The notes beneath the pieces were generated by a model that saw only the letters and a program-made list of their open reading frames with translations, had not been told where the DNA came from and made no database searches. The position numbers and the translations under genes are program-made. A DNA stretch of 60,959 bases, from positions 1-60,959 of the IMG/VR virus record IMGVR_UViG_3300021960_000075. One strand, written 5' to 3'. Shown here in pieces: positions 27,101-36,500 of this stretch; the first letter of the stretch is position 1; every line of letters starts with the position of its first letter. This DNA comes from a virus. Taxonomy: Duplodnaviria > Caudoviricetes.

Positions 27101-28114
27101 TTATATGATGACAACTCAGCATCTTTTGTTATTAGCACAACCAGAGAAATAACTTTATCTGGTACTGGTGGAATACATTTAGCTGATAATACTTTACACA
27201 TAGGCAGTAAACAAGGTAGTTTTTCATCTGCCATATATATTGATGGGGATATAGGTGGTTCTACAGATGTACTAAGAAGTTCAGGCACTTACGCTTACTG
27301 GGGTTCTCCACCAGCTACTGCTGGTGTTACTGCTTTAGCTGGACAAGGAACTATAAGCGTAGGACCGGGAAATACTGGTTCTTTAATTATTAGTAATAAT
27401 CATAGTCACGATGCACATAATCACTCTGGAACTGTTTTTACAAGCGATAATCATCATAACAACAATAGTTTTATTAACAGTTCTGATGTAACAAATAACA
27501 GTACTGTTCAAACTGGTTATAACCACGCAAACTCTGCTCACGTTGCTAATAATACAATCAATTATGCTATACAAGTGCACGCAATGGATGCTAGTGCACA
27601 CCATAGTGCAAATACTGTTCCTCAACACGATAACAATGAACACAGCGAAGATTATACACCTTTAAGTTCTTACAATAATCACTTGAATAACTTACACTTT
27701 TCAGACGCAAGATTAAAAAATGATGTAACAGATACAAGTTTTGGTTTAGATTTCGTTAATAGATTAAGACCAGTAGATTACACTTGGGACCAATTATATT
27801 TAGACACTTATTATGGTGATGGTCATTTCGATGGATTAAAAGCTTTATTAACCAATCAGCAAACTGGTTTTCTTGCACAGGAAGTTAAAACTGCTGTTTA
27901 TGAAACAAACGGAAGCAATATTGATTTTGGTGGATTTATAGAAGTAGAGTTAACAGACGAAGATAGAGCTGTTAAAGAAGCTACTGGAACAACAGATGAT
28001 ATACACAAATTGGATTACCAACAATTTATACCACCACTTGTAAAAGCTGTACAAGAACTTTCAGCTAAAATAGATGTATTAGAAGCAAGAATAGATGAGT
28101 TAGAAGGAGCGTAA
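24170..28114 (+). CDS. Tail hub/central fibre with FN3-like domains and C-terminal intramolecular chaperone (peptidase S74)
   Basis: YYFRIVAVDKSGN.S, ITxAKI repeats, FSDARLK...LRPVDY.W...GFLAQE...LVKAVQEL. Confidence 0.88.
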   Translation: MAVTEKLMGAGTFSINFSQEYTPTAIIESIKEWGHIVITPQSVDINSLSDSDILSSARYTGIILNRTLEEGIVSINGQGLELYMGDGSGKGMVIAESNNIGKVRIFDGVTLAEALFNSVTSTGKPYGIMRDETGALQAIQQGSIYQPTDTEGENVLYSGQHFVETALSALKFICEIVNAEYRVNPNGTLDAGPAANLFVGVGSNEPTSVVVKTAYGEDPEYQGVTPQGLRSEFDATDWVSRVDFTGEVGYFDIATDVAGEANLSSNPYKDLHGNALKRVGLVQEPDVPEEHLNSRAQAMLNELSRVKKILNLDLTQYEVSGDMKVGDYVYAFDPDVGFVDTDADAAAESRDKYEVTFRGQTITPAKVRIIGLTFPIIDGMGVYFRDKDGNYTDLTQYINYESGSTQVELGDSIRSLKDDLRFSEFSLSREVAGAFSIPDLPSTPTLQSGTYLDSTGESKGFIRITVSKPTNIDGSQITDGESYKVRYKKLTDNEYSYMSFPFTGVSSETLLLQDLTVGATYQIGVAVVDKSGFKKMSAYDGTGENLYTDSSSINPSYTTNARIEIEKDGQAPSQPKQATIATGPLRVQITHYLGKAGTDSGGNAYGDFTLEGDLDHLDIHAVTQDGNTETFTVASSNKIGEVKVNSGNLLQEIPVVANLELPDSEDYYFRIVAVDKSGNASDPSAGQAGNATLMEQAYIGDAAITTAKIGEAAITDAKIATATITSAKISDVSADKLTSGTITGGEITVGGVSNTAGYIQSYNYVADTSGWSIFSDGTAEFQDVKIRGELNASDIVTGTLDASNLTVTNLNADSITAGTLDVDRLPTITTSQINFDAGDIGGADSSNIVATINTSSEGLTINAAKLNLSGVLSVTNPSITSGNIGGITISSDYIQSDNYGTSSGADGFRIQSDGNAFFKDVTISGVLNGVTANQPVTLDLPSGGKIRTASSGARVELHQAGSFPSVNFYSSGGTTTSLYDDNSASFVISTTREITLSGTGGIHLADNTLHIGSKQGSFSSAIYIDGDIGGSTDVLRSSGTYAYWGSPPATAGVTALAGQGTISVGPGNTGSLIISNNHSHDAHNHSGTVFTSDNHHNNNSFINSSDVTNNSTVQTGYNHANSAHVANNTINYAIQVHAMDASAHHSANTVPQHDNNEHSEDYTPLSSYNNHLNNLHFSDARLKNDVTDTSFGLDFVNRLRPVDYTWDQLYLDTYYGDGHFDGLKALLTNQQTGFLAQEVKTAVYETNGSNIDFGGFIEVELTDEDRAVKEATGTTDDIHKLDYQQFIPPLVKAVQELSAKIDVLEARIDELEGA

Positions 28115-28326
28115 TGGCTATAGAAGATTTTAAATTTTCTGGAAAAGAAAAAACTATACAACAAGAACTTATAGAACTTATGTCTCTTATTGAATTTTTA
28201 GAAGATAAATATATAGAAGAAACAGCAAAAGAAGAGCCTATTACAGAAATAGTATCTCAACTAGAAACAGAGATTATTTCAAAAAGACAAGAGTATGAAA
28301 ATTTAGGTGGAACATATGACACATAA
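28114..28326 (+). CDS. Hypothetical acidic helical protein
   Basis: TAATG coupling, AGGAG RBS. Confidence 0.7.
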   Translation: MAIEDFKFSGKEKTIQQELIELMSLIEFLEDKYIEETAKEEPITEIVSQLETEIISKRQEYENLGGTYDT

Positions 28327-28534
28327 TAATCTTTTTTATAATCCCGATGAAGAACAAGAATTAAATGACAAGATTTCTTTTAGTATGGACAAAATAAGAA
28401 ATATGGAGGAATTATTATCTGTTGCTATATCTGAAAATGTTGAACAAGAAACAATTGATGGAATTCAAGCTAATATAGATGCGGAAATAATAATATATAA
28501 TGCTTTAATTGCAGAAAGAGATGAAACACCTTGA
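28316..28534 (+). CDS. Hypothetical acidic helical protein
   Basis: AGGTGG before ATG 28316. Confidence 0.65.
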   Translation: MTHNNLFYNPDEEQELNDKISFSMDKIRNMEELLSVAISENVEQETIDGIQANIDAEIIIYNALIAERDETP

Positions 28535-29304
28535 AATTTTCTTTGGGGGGTAAACAATTTATAGAATTTAAAACTGATGTAAAAGGTTTACAAGATATAG
28601 CACCTATACAAAAATCATCATCTTTTATACCTAGATGGTTTAAAGATATAAAAGATTACATTGAAATACCTGCTGTACACGAAAGAAACAAAAGACACTA
28701 TTTTGGTAAAAAAGGTTCAACTGCTAAACAACATACTGCTGGAACAGTAAAAAGATGTCCAGCGATAATAGACTTACTTACTGAAGGTTTTATTATTCCA
28801 ATGTGGACAGATTTTTTAATACAAAGAGACTTAGAAGTACTTGAATGGGACAATAGAAGTTTTGCTTATGGTATTGAATTTCATAGTAAAGAACAAATAA
28901 AAGGTTGGAATTTAAAAAAAACAGATTTTCCAGAAGCAGTAAAGTTTGTAAATCCTTGGAGAATATACACACCACCGGGTTATTCAGTATTATTTATGGC
29001 TCCTATATACCAATTTGAAAATAGATTTACAGTACTTCCGGGAATAGTTGAAACTGACTCATATCATCATATTAATTTTCCTTCTATTTGGCACACGACT
29101 AAGGATGCTATAATAGAAAGAGGTACACCGTTTATTCAAGTGATTCCATTCAAAAGAGAAAACTGGGATATTGATGTATCACAGATGACAGAAACTGACA
29201 TAGAGAACGATGCTAGGGAAAAAGTAGAGCTTAATACTAAGTTCAAAAATAGTTATAGAAATATCGTAAGGCGTTTAAATGGCAGACATAATAAACGAAG
29301 GTGA
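28531..29304 (+). CDS. DUF6065-like protein (dUTPase-like fold), paralogue 1
   Basis: KRCP...GFIIP.W, KF.NPW...TPPG.S, PGIVETDS.H, RG.P..Q.IPFKR shared with 44935 and 47132. Confidence 0.7.
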   Translation: MKFSLGGKQFIEFKTDVKGLQDIAPIQKSSSFIPRWFKDIKDYIEIPAVHERNKRHYFGKKGSTAKQHTAGTVKRCPAIIDLLTEGFIIPMWTDFLIQRDLEVLEWDNRSFAYGIEFHSKEQIKGWNLKKTDFPEAVKFVNPWRIYTPPGYSVLFMAPIYQFENRFTVLPGIVETDSYHHINFPSIWHTTKDAIIERGTPFIQVIPFKRENWDIDVSQMTETDIENDAREKVELNTKFKNSYRNIVRRLNGRHNKRR

Positions 29305-30514
29305 TTCCAAGTTAGAGGTAGTTGATTCCTCTATAGATTCTCTTGCTAAAATTATTGCCGAAATTAATGGCGTAGAAAGAATAAATCAGTCTTCAACTTT
29401 ATTAACATTCACTAATCCTGACAACCAAATGGAAACAGGTGATGAAACCGATGACCAAAATGGTGCTGCCTCTACTTTTAATGGTTTTCAAGTTGATGAT
29501 GGAGTTATAAAAGTAGTATCAGGAGATGGTTCTACAATTCCACAATCAAATCTTTATATTGATGGTAAATCAATTATCTCAGATAAAACTCTTGCTATTG
29601 GTACTACTGGTCAAAAAGAATTACATTTTGGAACCAATGGAACTAAATGGGTAAAGATAACTGAAGGTGGTTTCCTAGACTTTGCTAAGATGACCATAAA
29701 TGGTTCTCAAGGAACTGCAGGTCAATATATTAAAAATGCAGGAAATGGAACTATTGAATGGGCTACTTTAGACAGTAGAAACGCCTTTGGTTCAATAAGT
29801 GTAGGCGGAAGCACTATAAGTGCTGGTTCTGTAGCTGATACATTAACAATTACTGCTGGAGATAATGTAGTTCTAAGTGTTGACGGAAGTGAATTAACGA
29901 TAAATGCAACTCAACCTAATGTTTTTAAAACAATTCAAGTTTCAGGTCAAAATGATATAGTAGGGGATTCAACCACAGATACATTGACATTTGTAGCTGG
30001 TAGTGGAATAACAATAACTACTGATTCTGCTTCAGATACGATAACAATCGCTAATTCAAGCTCAGGTGGTGGAACTACTGAAGATGTATTTAAAACAATA
30101 TCTGTTTCAGGTCAACAAGATATTGTTGCTGATAGTTCAACTGATACTTTAACGCTTATTGCAGGTCGTGGTATAGAAATAACAACAGTAGATACTGATG
30201 ATTCTATAACATTTAAAGAAACTAAAAGTAGATTATTATCACCTCTTGGGTATTTAACTTATACCATAGATGGTGGTTCAACTACAGAATTACCACTAAA
30301 AAACTTTTTTATAAATACCACAACAAGTATTGGGGTAAATGGAGGTGGTTCTCAAGTAGGTATGACCACACGAGCTTTACGTCTGCTAGAATCAGATGGT
30401 AGTACTTATAAGTTTATGATTATGCCAGCTACAAGTGATGGGGAATCTCTTGTATTTACATTCACTGAATCAGATGGCACTACTCAGACTAAGAATATAA
30501 CAATGGCTGCGTAA
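29279..30514 (+). CDS. Tail fibre-like structural protein
   Basis: Three copies of a F..I.V.G....A.S..DTLT..AG repeat. Confidence 0.7.
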   Translation: MADIINEGDSKLEVVDSSIDSLAKIIAEINGVERINQSSTLLTFTNPDNQMETGDETDDQNGAASTFNGFQVDDGVIKVVSGDGSTIPQSNLYIDGKSIISDKTLAIGTTGQKELHFGTNGTKWVKITEGGFLDFAKMTINGSQGTAGQYIKNAGNGTIEWATLDSRNAFGSISVGGSTISAGSVADTLTITAGDNVVLSVDGSELTINATQPNVFKTIQVSGQNDIVGDSTTDTLTFVAGSGITITTDSASDTITIANSSSGGGTTEDVFKTISVSGQQDIVADSSTDTLTLIAGRGIEITTVDTDDSITFKETKSRLLSPLGYLTYTIDGGSTTELPLKNFFINTTTSIGVNGGGSQVGMTTRALRLLESDGSTYKFMIMPATSDGESLVFTFTESDGTTQTKNITMAA

Positions 30515-30523
30515 AGGGAATAA

Positions 30524-33500
30524 ATGGCACAAAAAAATCCAATAAGAGGTGATTTTAACGAATCTAGTGAACTAGTTGGTTTAGCCGAATTTCAAGCTTC
30601 TGACTTTATTGGTATAGAAGATGGTGGTACTGGTGCTATTACAGCTTCAGGTGCTAGAACTAATTTAGGTCTAGAAATTGGAACAGATGTCCAATCTTGG
30701 GATGCACAATTAGATGATATTGCAGGTTTAACACCTAGCGATGGTTATTTTATTGTTGGTGATGGTTCTAATTTTGTTACAGAATCAGGAAATACAGCTA
30801 GAGCATCTTTAGGTTTAAGCACTTCTGACTCTCCAACATTTAATAATTTAACAGTATCAGGTAACTTAACTGTTTCAGGTACTCAAACCATATTAGAAAC
30901 TGAAACTTTAACAGTAGATGATAATACTATTGTCCTTAATTCAAATGCTACAGGTTCAGCTTCTGAAGACGCAGGTATAGAAATAGAAAGAGGAGACGAT
31001 ACAAATGTCACTCTTATTTGGGATGAGTCAAATGATAGATGGACTGTAGGCTCAGAATCGTTTGTTGCTGCAACATTTATTGGTAATCTTACCGGTAATG
31101 TTACAGGAACAGTATCAGATATAAGTAATTTTGATACTGATGATTTATCAGAGGGCTCTACTAATTTATACTACACCGACACAAGGGTTGGAACTTACCT
31201 GACAACAAACAGTTATGCTACTGAAAGCTATGTAGATAGTGCAGTAGCTTCTGAAAATGAATTAAGTGAGATGAACGATGTTACTCTTACTAGCCCTGCT
31301 AATGGTGACTTTTTAAGATACAATGGTTCTGTATGGATTAATGACCCTGTCAATTTATCAACAGATACTATTGGTGATTATGTACAAAGTATTACTGGTG
31401 GAACAGGAATATCTATTGATGTTACTTCTGGTGAAGGACAAACACCTACATTAGCAATTGACTTTACAGAATTTGATACTGGAAGTATAACAGAAGGAAG
31501 TAACTTATATTTTACAGAAGAAAGAGTTGACGATAGAGTTGCTGCATTATTAGTAGATTCAGTAACTTCTGGAATAGACATTAGTTATGATGACGTAAAC
31601 AATCAATTAACAATTAGTTCTGACCTTTCTGAAATAGTCGAAGCATTACAAGATAACGTACAAGGATTATTTAGTGGTGGTACTGGAATAACAACAAACT
31701 ATGATGATGGTTCTAATACATTAAGTTTATCAATAGATTTTACTGAATTTACTTCTGATGACATAGTAGAAGGTTCTACAAATTTATTTGTTACTGATGA
31801 AAGAATAGACGATAGAATTAATGCTTTACTTGTTGATAGCACAACATCTGGTATTGATATATCTTATGATGATGTAGCAAATTCATTAACACTTAGTGTA
31901 GATTTATCAGAAATTGTTGAAGCACTCCAAGACAATGTAGAAGGTTTATTCTCTGGTGGAACAGGTATCACAACAAGTTATGATGACGCAGCAAATACCC
32001 TTTCTCTTTCAATTGATTTTACAGAATTTGATACAGACAATGTAGTAGAAGGAACAACAAACTTATTCTTTACTACAGCTAGAGTTGATAGTCATTTAAG
32101 TGGTGGAACAGGAATTAGCTACACTACTGGTGCAATAGCAATTGACTTTAGTGAGTTTGATACTGGAAGCATTACAGAAGGAAGCAACTTATATTACACA
32201 GATACTAGAGCAGATGGAAGAATTGCAGCAGCTAGTATTGGAGATTTATCAGATGTAACTCTAACTTCTACAGCTACAGGTGACATACTTAGATACAATG
32301 GTTCAGCATTTGTAAATGAACCACTTAACTTAGGTACTGATACTGAAGGTGACTATGTAGCAAGTCTTGTAGCAGGAACAGGTATAACTCTAACTAATAA
32401 TAGTGGAGAAACTTCAACACCTACTGTTGCAGTAGATATGACTGCTTTTGATACAGATGATTTATCTGAGGGCAGTACAAATCTTTACTATACCGATACA
32501 AGAGTAGGTAGCTACTTAACAACTAATAGTTATGCTACACAAACTTATGTAGATAACGCTGTAGCAAGTGAAAACGAATTAAGTGAAATGAATGATGTCA
32601 CATTGACATCAGCTACTACTGGAGATTTTTTACAATACAATGGAAGCGTTTGGGTTAACATTGCACCTGATACTGATGACATTGCTGAGGGTACTAATCT
32701 TTACTTTACAACTTCTAGAGTAGATACAGAGATAGATAGTTATGTTACTGGAGGAACTGGCGTAACAGTATCTTCCGGTCAAATAAGTATTGGTCAAGCA
32801 GTATCAACAACTTCTAACGTAACATTTGCAGATGTAACTGTTAATGGAGATTTAACATCAGGTGGTCAAGTTCTTATAGGAACAAATACTATTACATTGA
32901 ACTATGATGTTCAAAGCACAGATAACACACTTGATATTGATATAGAGTTTTGGAGAGGTAATTTAGCCCATAAACACTTTAGTTGGGATGAACAAAATGA
33001 TAGATTTACTGTTAACGGAGAAGATTTTGTAGCTGGTACTGTGATAGCAGCTTTAACTGGTAATGTTACTGGTAACGTTGCTGGTAATGTTACTGGAGAC
33101 TTAACAGGAGATGTTACTGGAGATGTAACAGGTAACCTAACAGGTAATGTTACTGGAAATGTAACTGGTAACGTTACAGGAAATGTTGTTGGAAATGTAA
33201 CAGGAGATGTTACTGGTACGGTTTCTAGTTTATCTAATCACGATACAGATGATTTAACTGAAGGCGTAACTAATCTTTACTACACAGACACTAGAGCAAG
33301 GGCTGCTATAAATTATAATGACGCAGGTGGAGACGGCTCATTAACATATGACAACTCAACTGGAGTTATAACTTACACTGGACCATCAGCTTCAGAAGTT
33401 AGAGCACATTTTACTGCCGGTACAGGTGTTGCAATATCTTCAGGTGAAATATCTATAGGACAAGCTGTAGCTACTACTGATAATGTAACATTTGCAACTG

Positions 33501-36500
33501 TAGAAACTTCTGGAAATGTAACTGTTGGTGGTAACTTAACCGTATCAGGTACAACTACAACAATAAATACTGAGACATTAGTAGTTGATGACAACATTAT
33601 TATCCTTAATAGCAACGCAACTGGAAGCCCAACTGAAAATGCAGGTTTTGAAATTGAAAGAGGAGATTCTGCTAATAAATCTTTCTTATGGAATGAAACA
33701 GATGACAAGTGGACATTAGGTTCAGATACATTAGTTGCAGGAACTGTTGAAGCAAATCTAACAGGTAATGTAACAGGAACTGTTTCTTCCTTATCAAATC
33801 ACGACACAGACGACTTAACTGAAGGTACTACAAACTTATACTACACAGATGCAAGAGTAGATGCTTATCATACAGGTGGAACTGGAATTAGCTATGCTTC
33901 AGGAACAATAGCTGTTGATTTTACAGAATTTGATACCGATAGTATCACAGAAGGTTCTTCAAATGTTTATTACACTACTGCACGTGCTAGAAGTGCTGTC
34001 TCAGGTGGAACAGGATTAGATTACAATAGCTCAACAGGTGTATTTGATATTGATAGCACAGTAGCTACATTATCAGGAACTCAAACTCTTACCAATAAAA
34101 CAATAAACTTTGAAGATAATACTGCAATAGTTGAGTTTGCAGTAACAGTAGCTGATGTTAGTGGTAATAAATATCATTTAGATGGTGAAACAGCTGCAAG
34201 TATTCAGCTTGTTCCGGGAATTACATATAGATTTGACCAGAGTGATAGCACAAACTCTGGGCATCCATTAGTATTTTCAACAACTCAGGATGGAACTCAC
34301 AACTCAGGTTCTGCTTATACAACAGGCGTAACTACAAATGGAACTCCGGGTTCTTCAGGAGCATATACACAAATAGTTGTCAATGCTGCAACTGCTGATA
34401 CTTTATACTATTATTGTTCTTCTCACTCAGGAATGGGTGGAAGTTCTGTTGTTTCAGTAGCAGGTTCTAGTTTAACTGCAAGCACAACTGATAACTTAAC
34501 AGAAGGCAGTTCTAACCTTTACTTTACAGACGCAAGGGCTAGAAGTGCAATATCTGTTACTGATAGTGGTGGAGATGGTTCTCTATCCTATAACTCAAGC
34601 ACAGGCGTAATTACTTATACAGGTCCTAGTGCAAGTGAAGTTCAAGCACATTTTTCAGCAGGTACAGGTGTAACTTATTCAGCAGGACAATTTAGTATTG
34701 GACAATCAGTTGGAACTACAGATAGTGTAACATTCAGTACTGTTACAGCAAACTTAACTGGAAATGTGACAGGAAACGTAACTGGAAATGTAACTGGAAC
34801 TGTATCATCATTATCAAACCACGATACTGGAGATTTAACTGAAGGTAGTAACCTTTATTATACAGATACAAGAGCAAGAGGTTCAATAAGTGTTACTGAT
34901 GCAGGTGGAGACGGAAGTCTAAGTTACAACAATACAACAGGTGTTATTACTTATACTGGACCAAGTGCAGCAGAGGTTAGAGCTCACTTCACAGCAGGAA
35001 CTGGTGTTTCTATTACTTCCGGTGAAGTTGCAATTGGTCAGTCTGTTGGAACTACAGATAACGTAACATTTAACGATTTAACAGTTTCAGGAAACTTAAC
35101 AGTTAGTGGAACAACAACCACAGTTAATACTGAAACTATAAACCTTGCAGATAACATAATTGTCTTTAATTCAAATGCAACAGGAAGTGCTTCTGAAAAT
35201 GCAGGAATTGAAATAGAGCGTGGAGATGACGCTAATAAAACTTTAATTTGGGATGAAACCAATGATAGATGGACAGTAGGAAGTGAAACTTTTGTAGCTT
35301 CTACATTTATTGGAAACCTAACAGGAAACGTAACAGGAAATGTTACCGGACAAGTTTCTGATATTTCTAATCACGACGCTGCTGACTTGTCTTATGACCC
35401 ATCAGATTCAGAAAACCTTACTGCAACAAATGTTAAAGGTGCTTTAGATGAATTAGATTTAGCAAAAGTAAATAAGAGTGCTTTAGGTACTACATTAATC
35501 TACTACCCTACTGATACAGCTGACCCATCAATTAGTGGTTACTACAGAATGGTTACTTCTATATCTGATACTGATTACGATACAACTGCTGTAAATATAT
35601 CAACAGGTTCTATTACTGCTAATAACCAACAAGTAGGTGCAGTTATTGGTGACGCAGGAATATTTCAAGGAAATCCGGGTTATATAGAAATTCACGTAAC
35701 AGGTTCAATAAGAAATGTATCCGGTGGTAGTGCTGGTTTCTATTTTAAGGTATATCATAGAAATTCAAGTGGCACAGAAACTCTTATGGGAACTTCTAAT
35801 GCTACACCTAATGTAACAAACACTTCATATCAAGAATTTCACGCAGACGCAATATTAACTAGTCCACAAGACTTTACTGCAACAGATAGAGTTGTATTTA
35901 AATGGTTTGCAGCGAATTTATCAGGTTCTGCAACTTATGATTTTCAATACGGCGGTACTTCTCCTATAAGAGCTACTTTCCCTGTTCAGACAGCATTAAT
36001 ACTTCACGACCAAGAAGCTGATGATGTCCAAACAAACACTACTGCTTTCAACGGAATATTAAGTACTTCTGAAACTACTGTACAAGCAGCACTCAATGTT
36101 ATTGATGACATTACAACTACTGATGTTCCAGAAGGTACAAATCTTTATTACACAACAGCTAGAGCTAATACAGACTTTGATACTAAGTTAGCTGCTGCTG
36201 ACACTGATGACTTATCAGAAGGTACTACAAACCTATATTTTACTAATGCTAGAGCAGACGCAAGAATTGCAGCTGCAAACATAGAAGATTTAAACAATAT
36301 AGGATTTACTGCACCGGGTGCATCTGATGATGCAAAAGTTATTAGTTGGGATAATACAGCAGGTAGCTTTGCTTTATCATCACTATCAGGATTATCAGGT
36401 TCCGGTGAAGTAAACACAGCTTCTAATATTGGTACTGCTGGTGTAGGTGTCTTTGATGGAAAAGTTGGAGAAGACTTACAATTTAAAAATATTAATGCTG

